From the NCBI GenBank assembly GCA_963803045.1, contig CAWDLC010000036.1, positions 69,999 through 133,998 of the forward strand: 64,000 nt of DNA, given 5' to 3'. Positions 1 through 9,009 of the stretch are shown here, in pieces. The position numbers were made by a program, and so were the translations under genes. The notes below the pieces were generated by a model. That model was not told the DNA's origin. It worked only from the letters and a program-made list of their open reading frames with translations, and did no database searches. This DNA comes from Candidatus Binataceae bacterium (GTDB lineage Bacteria > Desulfobacterota > Binatia > Binatales > Binataceae). Every line of letters begins with the position of its first letter. Positions within the stretch are counted from its first letter, which is position 1.

Positions 1-409
1 CGACGATAGGAGTCCAGTGCGCTTCGTCAGCAGAATTGAGCAGCCGAAGTTCACGGTACTCGGGAGCGCCTGCGACGTTCTTGCGCAACTCGACCAACAC
101 CATATTCGGACGCTCAATTGCCATCATCTGGCACACATTCCCGGGGGTCAGCTTGGGTGGAGGCGAGCTCGTCGCCGCGGTGAACGCCTCGGCGTCCCGA
201 TTCTTCGCGTCAGCGTCGTTTTCCGCGCCGCTATTTGCCGTGTAAACCGCGTGGGCAAGACTGATTACCGACGGTATCATCGAAAGCATAGGCAGCATGC
301 ATCCTGCCGTGCCGAACGCGATCACCCCGGCAAGCAGCGCGACGAGTGCCGCCGACAGACCGGCCTTCGGCATCGGGCGCTGGACTGATTTCCGGTTGCT
401 CCCCGACAT
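1..409 (-). CDS. putative lipoprotein, N-terminal part only (ORF continues past the left edge)
   Basis: ATG at 407-409 (minus) preceded by purine-rich GGAGAGGGGAGAAT. The frame is open down to nt 1. MSGSNRKSVQRPMPKAGLSAALVALLAGVIAFGTAGC.. has a signal peptide with lipobox FGTAGC. Absent from the ORF track because no stop lies in the window. Confidence 0.4.
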   Translation of the reverse strand, partial: MSGSNRKSVQRPMPKAGLSAALVALLAGVIAFGTAGCMLPMLSMIPSVISLAHAVYTANSGAENDADAKNRDAEAFTAATSSPPPKLTPGNVCQMMAIERPNMVLVELRKNVAGAPEYRELRLLNSADEAHWTPIV

Positions 410-784
410 ATTCTCCCCTCTCCTCCGAGCGCGTCTTTCACCGCCCGCAGTCTACCAGCAAGCACAAAACGAAACTAGCGGTAGGGCTATCAGCAGCTCT
501 TGCTTTCAGAAAACCCGTACCCAACCATCGTGCGATGCATCCCGCCGTCCTGCCCGGGGAATTCTTCTCAGGTTCGATCACGGACGCACGTGCACGCCAG
601 GCTCCTGGAGATTCAATCCGGTCGCTTCTGGCACGGATGGTCGCGCCTCATTTGCCAACAGAGACTTTGGCCGCGAATTGCGCGTCACTAGCCGGAAAGT
701 AATTTTCTCCGCTACCGCCGACATGCAAAAGAAGCCGCTGGCGCGCGCTATTCAGCGACTTTAGCGGAGAATCTCCGGAGACAA

Positions 785-834
785 GGACTGGGTGGCGGAT
801 GACGCAGTCTGACGCGAACCGCTCTCTGTCAACC
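785..834. repeat. ~50-bp dispersed repeat, copy 1 (partner 6087-6138)
   Basis: GGACTG..TGGCGGATGACGCAGTCTGA(C/T)GCGAAC(C/T)GCTCTC is shared in the same orientation with 6087-6138. Both copies are non-coding and lie near truncated IS copies. Confidence 0.6.
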
Positions 835-1043
835 TGTCAACCGGTTGACGCCCGGTGGTTGACGCGCGGCCAAACGCTTAAAACGATGTTATTGTATGAG
901 CAGGCCGGATGGGCCATTCGCGCGCGCGGATTAGGTTTTGAGAAGGGACAGGATGCGAAGTCGTGCCTGCCGGGTTGAAGGTCACCGACTCTCCATCTCC
1001 ATGCCCACATGCGCCATTGCTACCAGGGAAGGCGGCGGCGCCG

Positions 1044-1205
1044 TCAACGGCTCGCGACCATCAGGCCGGTCGGTCCCGGCAAGAACATTCGCTGCACATC
1101 TTGAAAGCCGGCTTCCCGCAGCCAGGCGGCATACTCGTCCTCGCTGTAGCTGGCGCCCGACTTGGTTGTCGTTGCTTCCGCGTCGTTCAGGCTGCTGTAC
1201 GTCAT
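1044..1205 (-). pseudogene. C-terminal remnant of a class-I SAM methyltransferase, cut by the IS fragment
   Basis: ..SGASYSEDEYAAWLREAGFQDVQRMFLPGPTGLMVASR* resembles methyltransferase C-termini (compare ..FTMREYRTWLKEAGFRSVKTIPAPSPSPLILATK* at 38034). The rest of ORF 1044..1313 is antisense to the IS fragment. Confidence 0.35.
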
Positions 1206-1680
1206 GGTGATTTTGAGCCACACCCGCAGGAGGATCGTTCGCTTCGACGTGACCCAGCATCCCACTTCAACTTGGCTTGCGCGCCAGGTGACCGAGTCGT
1301 TCCCGTGGGACACAGCTCCGCGCTATCTGCTGCGCGATCGCGATGCGTCGTATGGCTCGTACTTCTGCAACCGGGTCGAAGCGATGGGCGTCACCCAGGT
1401 CGTTACCGCACCGCGATCACCTTGGCAGAACGCGTACGTCGAGCGCGTCATCGGATCGATCCGGCGCGAGTGCCTCGACCACATCGTCATCTTCAACGAA
1501 CGTCACTCGAGGCGGGTACCGACCTCGTATCGAGACTACTACCATCGGTCGCGGACCCATCTTTCCTTGCAGAAGGACTGTCCGGACCCTCGCCCCGTCC
1601 AATCGGAGAATCGGGCCAAGCTGATCGCCATCGAGGAGGTGGGCGGCCTTCACCATCGTTACGAACGGCTGGCAGCCTAA
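1162..1680 (+). mobile_element. 5'-truncated IS transposase gene (rve/DDE integrase-core half)
   Basis: From FRLLYV onward it aligns with the C-terminal ~165 aa of the full-length transposase 39622..40665 (DRD, SPWQNAYVERVIGSIRRECLDH, THLSL). The HTH and N-terminal half are missing. Confidence 0.85.
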
Positions 1681-1722
1681 TTCGCGACGGCTGATCGCGT
1701 GCACGGCCGCGTCCCGGTCCAA

Positions 1723-2217
1723 TCACGAACTGGCGTGCCGCAGGAGAGCCAAAGAGACTGTCCTTGGGGATTCGTATTTGAGCGGAGAGCACGGCGTCTC
1801 CGCTAGCTTGACCGCCAGAGTCACCAAATCGATCGACGGATTATCCTCAATTTCGAAGCGAGCGAGCGAAGCCAGGTCGTTGAGCGAGCCCAGCACGCGG
1901 CGGTTCGCGGTCACGCCGATCGCAAACGAACCCATCTCTCGCACTTCCCGGCCCACCATATCCGGCCCCGCGCCGATGCCTTGCAGCACCGACCGAGCGG
2001 CATCCCGAAAACGCGGACTGAAGGAAGACGCGCCTCTGGCTTCAACAATCACCGGGAGCAGCGACCGTTCGCTAATGCAAATGATAAGCGGCACGTGCCT
2101 GACGAAAACCAGATTGGCATACCAGTTGCCGAGGCGGTTGGTCGGTGAAGGCGGATCAACGATCGCTTCCGCGCCCAGGCGTTTCAGGAGTTTGCGAGTA
2201 CAGCGGATAGTCAGCAC
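1723..2217 (-). CDS. hypothetical protein (conserved-looking; possibly DUF6933-type, unverified)
   Basis: 164-aa ORF with non-biased composition, MLTIRCTRKLLKRLG.. N-terminus. No motif I can assign with certainty. Confidence 0.5.
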   Translation of the reverse strand: MLTIRCTRKLLKRLGAEAIVDPPSPTNRLGNWYANLVFVRHVPLIICISERSLLPVIVEARGASSFSPRFRDAARSVLQGIGAGPDMVGREVREMGSFAIGVTANRRVLGSLNDLASLARFEIEDNPSIDLVTLAVKLAETPCSPLKYESPRTVSLALLRHASS

Positions 2218-2393
2218 GTTCCAGACGGTTTGGATTCAAGGGCGTGTCCGTTGAGTCGCCTGATCCGCCGGCTGACCAACTGAAAAAACCCTCGAGATTT
2301 TCCAAGGATTGACTATCGCACGCATTTGGCGTTTTGAGTAGGCACAGGGCTCGAACTCTGCGTTTGCGAAGCGCCCGCTGTCGGCGGTAATCC

Positions 2394-2447
2394 GATTCAG
2401 GATTGAAAATAGATTCAGGACTGAAAATGGATTCAGGATTGAAAATG
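2394..2447. repeat. 3 x 18-bp tandem repeat GATTCAGGA(Y)TGAAAAT(R), each unit with inner palindrome TTCAG-N2-CTGAA
   Basis: Units at 2394, 2412 and 2430, ending about 50 nt upstream of the CoA-transferase start at 2500. Candidate operator array. Confidence 0.6.
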
Positions 2448-2499
2448 GAAATTCCGGTTAACTCCTCGAAAGCCTCAGTGCAAAAAGGACCGTCCCGCG

Positions 2500-3768
2500 A
2501 TGAATGACGCTGAAGAGTACAGGGAATTGCCGCAGGCGCTCGACGGCATCCGCGTCGTAGAGCTGCCGTGCCTGGATACGATCCCGTTCATGGCAGCCGC
2601 GATGGCGGCGAAGTTGTTCGCCGATTTCGGCGCGGAAGCGATCAAGGTCGAGCCTCCGCGCACCGGCGCGAAGGAGCGCGGACTCGGACCGTTTCGCGAC
2701 GCGCGACCCGATCCCGAGACCGGCGGGCTTCATCTCTTTCTCAACACCAACAAGCTCGGCGTGACTCTCGATCTCGAGCGACCGCGCGGGCGGGACCTCG
2801 TCCTGCGATTGCTCGAATCGGCCGACATCGTATTCAACCCCAACCTGCCGGCGGTCAACGAGCGCATCGGCCTTTCCTGGCGGACGCTGGCCGAGCGCTT
2901 CCCAAAACTAATCGTCGTCTCGGTGACGTTTTTCGGCACGGGAAACCCGTACCGGGATTTCCGCGGCGGCGATCTCGTCGCGACGCATATGAGCGGGGTC
3001 GGCTGGGGCACGCCGTGGAACCAGGTGACCGATCTTCCCAACCAGCCGCCGCTCAGGATCGGCGGCCGGCAGTCGGATTACCTGTGCGCATACACTGCGG
3101 CCGCATCGGCGATGATCGCGCTGTTCCATCGCGATGCGACCGGCGCGGGCCAGCACGTCGACGTGAGCCAGTGGCTGTCGATGGTCAACATGATGAGGAC
3201 GGCGATGGGAATTTATTCGCACGAATCTCCCGGCAACCCGATATACGACCGCGTCGCAAAGCGCATCAAGCGCGGATCGCCGTGGGTCTATCCGTGCAAG
3301 GACGGATGGGTGACCTTCGCCGCCGGCGGCGATCGATTCTGGAACGCATGGAAACAGTTGATGGGAAATCCGGCGTGGATGAACCAGGAAATTTTCGCCA
3401 CCCCTACCCTGCGCATGGACAACGTCGAAAAAATCGAGGCGAAGATAAGGGAGTGGCTGCCCGCCCTTACCCGGCAGGAGGCGTTCGAGAAGGCGCAGGG
3501 ACATCACATCCCATGCTTCCCCGTTTACTCGCCGGCGGAGGTCGCGGCTAATCCGCAATATGCGGCGCGGCACTTCTTCGTCGAGCACGATCATCCGGTC
3601 GCAGGCCGCGTCACGATGCCCGGCGCGCCGTGCAAGTTCGGCGGGACGCCATGGCGAGTCAAACGCGGCGCGCCGCGGCTCGGCGAGCACAATCACAAGG
3701 TCCTGGGCGAGCAACTGAAGCTCGGCGACGCGGAGCTCGGAGCGCTTGCGGAGGAGGGAGTCATTTGA
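2500..3768 (+). CDS. family III CoA-transferase (CaiB/BaiF type)
   Basis: 422 aa. L..IRVVEL....PFMAAAMAAKLFADFGAEAIKVEPP N-terminal signature and overall family-III look. Confidence 0.85.
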   Translation: MNDAEEYRELPQALDGIRVVELPCLDTIPFMAAAMAAKLFADFGAEAIKVEPPRTGAKERGLGPFRDARPDPETGGLHLFLNTNKLGVTLDLERPRGRDLVLRLLESADIVFNPNLPAVNERIGLSWRTLAERFPKLIVVSVTFFGTGNPYRDFRGGDLVATHMSGVGWGTPWNQVTDLPNQPPLRIGGRQSDYLCAYTAAASAMIALFHRDATGAGQHVDVSQWLSMVNMMRTAMGIYSHESPGNPIYDRVAKRIKRGSPWVYPCKDGWVTFAAGGDRFWNAWKQLMGNPAWMNQEIFATPTLRMDNVEKIEAKIREWLPALTRQEAFEKAQGHHIPCFPVYSPAEVAANPQYAARHFFVEHDHPVAGRVTMPGAPCKFGGTPWRVKRGAPRLGEHNHKVLGEQLKLGDAELGALAEEGVI

Positions 3769-4976
3769 GCGCGAAGCTACCTCTCAGCGGAATCAGGATC
3801 ATCGACTTCGGATGGATTTTGGCGGTGCCTCACGCAACCGCGTGGCTGGGCTCGATGGGCGCCGACGTGGTGCGAATCGAAACCTCGCGCGCTCCCGATA
3901 TGATCCGCAGATCTACCAGCCCCAGCGGCGAAATCTTTTTCGACCGCAGCGGCGTCTTCAACGCGGTCGACTTCTCGCGCCGGAGCATCGTGCTCGACTT
4001 GACCAGGCCGCAAGCGCGTGAGATCGCGCGCCGGCTCGTGAAGCTCGGTGACGTGGTATCGGAAAACTTCACCGTCGGGAACTTGCGCAAGTACGGGCTC
4101 GGTTACGAGGATTTGAAGAAGATCAAACCCGACATCATCATGCTCTCCTGCACGCCGCTCGGCCAGGACGGCCCGTACGCGCGAACCGTGGGATGGGGAC
4201 CGACGACCCAGGCGTTCGCCGGCCTGTGTCATCTGACCGGTTACCCGGGCGGCGGTCCGTCCGGAATCGCCGCCGCGTGGCCCGATTTCGCGGTGAGCGT
4301 CGGAATTGTGTTTTTCATGCTGGCTGCCCTCCATCACCGCAATCGCACCGGCGAGGGCCAGCACCTCGACGTCTCGATGGCGGAGATGGTCACCACGATG
4401 ATTCCCGAGGCGATGATGGATTACTTCATGACGGGGCGCGATGAGGGGCCGAAGGGAAATCGCGATGACGCGATGGCGCCGCACGGCGTGTTTCCGGTCA
4501 GCGGCGATGATCAGTGGGTTGCGATCGCGATTGCGACCGACGACGAGTGGCGCGCGCTCTGCGACGTGCTCGGAGTCCCGTCGCTCGCGGCGGACCCGGA
4601 CTTCGCGCGGCTTTCGGACCGGCTTCGCAACGTCGAGATGCTCGACAGCGAGGTTGCGGCGCGCACGCGGAACTTCGGGCGCGAGGAACTCGTCGCGCGC
4701 TTGCGCGAGCGCGGCCTGGCGGCGGGCCCCGTGTATAACATAGAAGGCCTGCTGCACGATGATGTGCTCGCAAATTCGGGGATGCTCGTGAAGCTCAACC
4801 ATCGCGCCGTCGGCGAGCGAACCATCCCTGTGCTCCCGTCGCGATTCAGCGCAATCGAGCCGGCGTATCGCGGCGCTCCCACGATGGGGGAGCAGACCGA
4901 TGAAGTCCTGACCGAGCTGCTCGGTCTTTCGGCGGATGAGATCGCGAAACTCCGCGCGGACAACGTGCTCGTCTAG
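3765..4976 (+). CDS. family III CoA-transferase (CaiB/BaiF type), second paralogue
   Basis: LSGIRIIDFGWILAVPHATAWLGSMGADVVRIETS signature. TTG start at 3765 overlaps the TGA of the upstream gene (TTGA), suggesting coupling. The track ORF 3630.. starts too early, inside gene 1. Confidence 0.8.
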   Translation: MSAKLPLSGIRIIDFGWILAVPHATAWLGSMGADVVRIETSRAPDMIRRSTSPSGEIFFDRSGVFNAVDFSRRSIVLDLTRPQAREIARRLVKLGDVVSENFTVGNLRKYGLGYEDLKKIKPDIIMLSCTPLGQDGPYARTVGWGPTTQAFAGLCHLTGYPGGGPSGIAAAWPDFAVSVGIVFFMLAALHHRNRTGEGQHLDVSMAEMVTTMIPEAMMDYFMTGRDEGPKGNRDDAMAPHGVFPVSGDDQWVAIAIATDDEWRALCDVLGVPSLAADPDFARLSDRLRNVEMLDSEVAARTRNFGREELVARLRERGLAAGPVYNIEGLLHDDVLANSGMLVKLNHRAVGERTIPVLPSRFSAIEPAYRGAPTMGEQTDEVLTELLGLSADEIAKLRADNVLV

Positions 4977-5007
4977 GGTCCTGTCACCTCCTCTCCTTTT
5001 TCTGCTT

Positions 5008-5168
5008 CCTCTCCCGGAGCGGGAGAGGTTAAAGGTGAGGGTCCGCAGCGTCACGCGAGCGTCTCGCTCGCGCGACATAAGATTCCGCTTCCGCGCATCG
5101 AACGAAGATCCCGGAACCTTAAGCCTGTGCGGCCGAAAGATTCGGCGCTCTAGCGCACCCTCACCGTG
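5008..5168. repeat. hairpin-rich intergenic element bounded by inverted repeats
   Basis: CCTCTCCCG-GAG-CGGGAGAGG (5008-5028). GTCaCGCGAGCG-TCT-CGCTCGCGcGAC in the middle. Outer arms GGTGAGGGT (5034-5042) / ACCCTCACC (5157-5165). Confidence 0.5.
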
Positions 5169-5196
5169 ACCTCTTCCGTTTGCCAAACTGCGAAGG

Positions 5197-5590
5197 TTAA
5201 TGTGAGGCTGATGCGGCCGGAAAAATGGAAATTCCGGAGAGATATTGCGGCGGCGTACTCGCGATACTCTTGCTCATTCGCCGCCCGAGGCCATCGTACA
5301 CAAAGCTAGCCGTGCTCGATCCAATGATCCCTGCCAAATGGTTCCTCGCGTCCCAAGCGTAGGTGTTCGTACCGTCGTTGGTTAGATTGCCGTTGGCGTC
5401 GTAGCCCAAGGCTGTTCCGTTGAAAGCGGTCATCTCGTTGTCCGCGTTGAACGTGTTGCCCGTCACCGTCTGCGGCAGGTTGGTCTGCGTCAAAACTACC
5501 CGTCTTCTGGATCACCCGCCCATCAGCGTCATATGAGTATTCAAGATCGCTCACCGGATTACCCGCGAACGTGCAGCTCATTCCCGTTAC
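5197..5590 (-). pseudogene. RHS/YD-repeat protein fragment (frameshifted, truncated at both ends)
   Basis: YD repeats LEYSYDADGRVIQK, YDANGNLTNDGTNTYAWDARNHL, FVYDGLGRRMSK are split over two frames (switch near 5490). The 5' end abuts the IS fragment. Confidence 0.7.
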
Positions 5591-5608
5591 GTGCGGATCG
5601 GCGTCACC

Positions 5609-5995
5609 GCTGCGTTTCGTCTGCTGTACGTGAGCGTGATCCTCAGCCACGCTCGCAGGAAGATAGTGCGCACGGCTGTCACCGAACACCTGACCGCAGC
5701 CTGGCTCTCGCGCCAGGTAACCGAAGCATTCCCGTGGGACACGGCGCCGCGCTATCTGCTGCGTGATCGCGATGAGTCGTATGGCTCGTACTTCCGCAGC
5801 CGAGTCGAAGCGATGGGGGTCACGGAAGTCATCACGGCGCCGCGCTCACCTTGGCAGAACGCGTACGTCGAGCGTGTGATCGGTTCGATTCGCCGCGAGT
5901 GTTTGGATCACATTGTGATCTTCAACGAGCGCCATCTGCGCCGCGTCCTGTCCTCGTACGTCGACTATTACCAACGCACCCGCACTCATCTTTCC
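5609..5995 (+). mobile_element. IS transposase gene fragment truncated at both ends (rve core)
   Basis: AAFRLLYVSVILSHARRKIV..SPWQNAYVERVIGSIRRECLDH..RTRTHLS matches 1162..1680 and the full-length copies. Homology stops at about 5995. Confidence 0.85.
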
Positions 5996-6086
5996 GAATC
6001 TAAGCCTCTCCGGTACCCTTGTTCAGAAGAAAATGCGCGAACGTGCGCACTATTTTCGAGTTTTGTGCAGAGAGCGCAGAAATCGC

Positions 6087-6138
6087 GGACTGCTTGGCGG
6101 ATGACGCAGTCTGATGCGAACTGCTCTCCGCGTCAAAC
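6087..6138. repeat. ~50-bp dispersed repeat, copy 2 (partner 785-834)
   Basis: See 785-834. Confidence 0.6.
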
Positions 6139-6149
6139 TCCCTGATCAT

Positions 6150-6331
6150 CAGGGAAAATACAGGGAATTTTCGCGATTTCGGCTGCCTTGGGGTCGAGTT
6201 GCAGCCGAAAAAGCCTCGTCTTCTGTGGGGTTTTCATCGAAATTCCCTACTCAACCGAACAGGGAATTATTTTGGAGGAACAGGGAATTTTTTCGACGTA
6301 ACAGGGAATTCGATCCGCAGAACAGGGAAAG
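6150..6331. repeat. cluster of GGGAATT-type motifs including four AACAGGGAA(T/A)(T/A) cores in exact 21-bp phase
   Basis: Core starts at 6258, 6279, 6300 and 6321, each followed by a non-conserved 10-nt spacer. Extra copies at 6150 and 6161, and an inverted copy AATTCCCT at 6241. Confidence 0.7.
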
Positions 6332-6364
6332 CCTCTTTACCAGCATCTTTCCGGATTATAATAC

Positions 6365-6796
6365 TCAGACCGTACGTATCCTGAGGACGGGGCATGGTGC
6401 ATAGCGCAGGACTTTTTCAGCAGTGCCCCCGATCAAAAGATCAAGTAGGTGAGTTTGTCCACGCATGGACATGACTATAAGGTCAACCTTGAGCTTGCTC
6501 ACCAGCTCCCCGATTACTTCGTGAACGACGCCAAAGTGGAGTTCGGAACGGCATTTTGGGTAGATCTGCGTTGCTTCTTTCTCGAAACGCTCGAGCTCGA
6601 CCGATGCCGTCTCGCCGTAGTGCTCGAGCAATTTTGTGGGCTCATACCAGCGCGCGATCCCGTAAGGTAACGGCTCAACTACGTGAACGAGTACCACTTC
6701 GGATTCGTGCTCGCGCGCCAATTCTATCGCGTATTTTAACGCAGCGAGCGAATGTTCGGAAAAGTCAGTCGGCACCAGAATCCGTTCTATTTTCAT
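6365..6796 (-). CDS. universal stress protein (UspA family)
   Basis: MKIERILVPTDFSEHSLAALKYAIELAREHESEVVLVHVVEP.. and a C-terminal G..GSVAEKVLR-like motif. Confidence 0.85.
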   Translation of the reverse strand: MKIERILVPTDFSEHSLAALKYAIELAREHESEVVLVHVVEPLPYGIARWYEPTKLLEHYGETASVELERFEKEATQIYPKCRSELHFGVVHEVIGELVSKLKVDLIVMSMRGQTHLLDLLIGGTAEKVLRYAPCPVLRIRTV

Positions 6797-6823
6797 TGTT
6801 CTTCCTCAGACGAAGAAAAATCC

Positions 6824-7855
6824 TCAAGACTGGAAAAAAGCCATCGAGCGCAAAACCGCGAAACAGAGAATCAGCAACAGGACCCCGGTGCCAAGGCCAA
6901 TCTTCGCCCACTCGCGGCTCGTGATTCCCAGTCGGCTCGCGGCGACGATATTGGGTATGTTGCCAGTGACAAGCGCCCCTCCGCTGATTAGTAAACCGAG
7001 TAACGCCGCGCGCTGCTGATTCATACTCAGGGACGGTCCTATCTCCACGGCCGCCAGGGTCGAATTGTTGACCACCGCGGGAATGGTGTTCATCCAGAAC
7101 AGCAATCCATCTGGAAGGCGATGGATGTACGCGTCGACCACGGGCCTGAGCCCATCGGAAAGCGCCACAAGTCCGGCAATAAAAACGTACACCTTGCCGG
7201 GACGAATCAACAGGACAATCCTCCACGAATCCTTTGCTTCGGCTGTATCCAGCGGCTCGCTGGAAGCGAACGGCAAAAACAAGATAGGAGACGCGGCCAA
7301 AGTGACGCCGACAACAACGAATGGGCCGAGAAGATGGGCAAGGTACCAGAAGTCGGCGTGCAGAGAGTGGAGAACGACCGCAATACCAGGCATGCCCAAA
7401 GGCGTGAGGCCCGCACCAAAGCCGATCGCAAAACACGCAAATACGGTCGCGGCAATTTCGGCCCGTCGGTCATAACGAAGCAGGGAAACTGCTTCCACGA
7501 ACACAAGGGCAGATACGACCGGAGTTATGAAGGCTGCGAGAAAGCCAAGTACGATCGCCAGGCAGAAGCAGAGAATCCGCGGGTCCAGCAGTCGGATTAC
7601 GCGACGCAGTAGTTGATCGAGATAGTCTCTCAGGAGACGAAAAGTGGCGCCAAAAACCAGAACGGCCACCGTGAATGATAGAGGTTCACTCAAGGCCGCC
7701 CAGACGAGCGCCGCGTGGAATTGTCCCATGATCCAGGCGGTCAGCACTCCGATCAGCAGGAAAAAAAACTCCACGTTCCGCTCGATCGGCTTTACAAGGA
7801 TTGGGCCTAGCAGGACCGCTAGGATCGTCAAGGACGTAAGGATCACTGTCATCAT
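6824..7855 (-). CDS. polytopic membrane protein, putative ion transporter (resembles DUF1646 family, unverified)
   Basis: Hydrophobic throughout. Likely start at the MMTVILTSL ATG at 7855 after GGGGAG. The track ORF extends to 7954 through a Cys/Arg-rich non-membrane leader. Confidence 0.6.
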   Translation of the reverse strand: MMTVILTSLTILAVLLGPILVKPIERNVEFFFLLIGVLTAWIMGQFHAALVWAALSEPLSFTVAVLVFGATFRLLRDYLDQLLRRVIRLLDPRILCFCLAIVLGFLAAFITPVVSALVFVEAVSLLRYDRRAEIAATVFACFAIGFGAGLTPLGMPGIAVVLHSLHADFWYLAHLLGPFVVVGVTLAASPILFLPFASSEPLDTAEAKDSWRIVLLIRPGKVYVFIAGLVALSDGLRPVVDAYIHRLPDGLLFWMNTIPAVVNNSTLAAVEIGPSLSMNQQRAALLGLLISGGALVTGNIPNIVAASRLGITSREWAKIGLGTGVLLLILCFAVLRSMAFFQS

Positions 7856-8315
7856 CTCCCCACAACTAATGCAGCAATGCACCGTTCGTGCAATCACGAA
7901 AACATCAGGTTTCTTCGCGGAGCAAACTGGACGGGCGCGCCTTTGGCGCGCCAACTCCCAGTCTCCTAGTTTCGCGGTGGTGGTTTAAGTTCGATCAGGA
8001 TACACAGCCGCAAACATCAACGCGGCGCAATTCGCCCCAAAAGTGTAAAAGTTTGCCTTAAACGGCCGGCGAGGCTAGCTGATTGGAAGAACGCTGGTAT
8101 CATCGGCGTGCCGAAGCGAGTCCGCGCCTAGGCCTCAGTTCCTCAAAGGCTTATGCATCCGAAGACAAACAAGTTCGAACGCATTTCTCCTATACACCGT
8201 TTTTCGGCGAGTGCAGCGAATCCGCACTATCGGATCGCTGTCAAGTCCTCGGAGGAGTACGTCATTGCTAGGTTTGCGGATCCGAGTTCTCGGTATGCAC
8301 CGCCCAACACAGAGC

Positions 8316-8385
8316 TCAATCGAGATGATACCGTTTTCGCTTGTGCCACAGGGTCGAGATGCAGATGCCCAGCGTCGGCGCGGCC
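8316..8385 (-). pseudogene. duplicated 3' end of the sigma54 response-regulator gene (HTH tail only)
   Basis: About 56 nt nearly identical to 9010-9065. Encodes ..TLGICISTLWHKRKRYHLD*. Confidence 0.7.
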
Positions 8386-8482
8386 CTATCGCCCCTGCAA
8401 ACAGAAGCGGCAGGTCCGCTTGTTCGAACCCGCCGCTTGGCGCATCGCTGCGCGACTGACTGTTCAGCTCCTCCGCCGAGCG

Positions 8483-8989
8483 TTAGAAGGCGTAAATGAA
8501 ATTGGCGGCCAAGGTGTCCTGGCCGCGCCATAGATGAAAATTCGTGCCGGTCACCGGGTTGATGAGACTGTTGTTGGTGAACACGTTCTCATCCGAATTG
8601 TCATGCCGGTATTCCAAACGCGCGATCAGTCCGGTCACTTCGGGGATCTTGTAGCTCAACGTCTCGGTGATCTCCCACACCGTCTGCCCGATGCCCGTCG
8701 TGCGCGCTCCGTCCTTGTCCTGGAAGAATTCGCCGCGCGTCGCCGACTCGAGCGAAGGCGTGAAATCGTAAACCAGGTACTGCGCCATTCCCTGCCACGA
8801 CGCGCTGTGACCGTTGATCACGGAACCTTCTTGGGACGCGTACAGGTATTCGGTCTCCAGCGTCAGGTTGGGGATGAACGACGGCTTCCAGGTCGCGATC
8901 GGATCGATCGCGCCCAGATTGGAATTGGAATGCTGCGCACTCGTGGCCGGCTGCCTGTGTCTCGAACCTGCGATACACACATGTAACAT
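8483..8989 (-). pseudogene. outer-membrane beta-barrel porin, C-terminal fragment
   Basis: Alternating beta-strand pattern and a terminal ..LAANFIYAF*. No signal peptide, and the upstream space is occupied by the regulator stop codon at 9010. Confidence 0.5.
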
Positions 8990-9009
8990 CCTTGCCGCCC
9001 GCTATTGGC

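Noticed and set aside
2341-2400. tRNA-like GGGCTCGAAC string
   Set aside because: The flanking bases do not form a T-stem, and no acceptor or anticodon arms can be drawn. I found no convincing tRNA, rRNA or tmRNA anywhere in the window.
3777-5186. 469-aa minus-strand ORF (and the plus-strand alternate-frame ORF 2568..3551)
   Set aside because: Both are Arg/His/Asp-rich low-complexity products overlapping the two CoA-transferase genes. These are typical GC-rich shadow frames.
6258-6331. Regular repeat-spacer pattern that superficially resembles a CRISPR array
   Set aside because: The repeats are only about 11 nt and the spacers about 10 nt, with four units and no cas genes. This is far outside CRISPR dimensions, so I treat it as a binding-site or iteron-like array instead.
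7934-7952. GGCGCGCC-TTT-GGCGCGCC hairpin upstream of the membrane-protein gene
   Set aside because: It is a real palindrome, but short and GC-rich, so it could arise by chance. It lies in the 5' leader with no other supporting signal.
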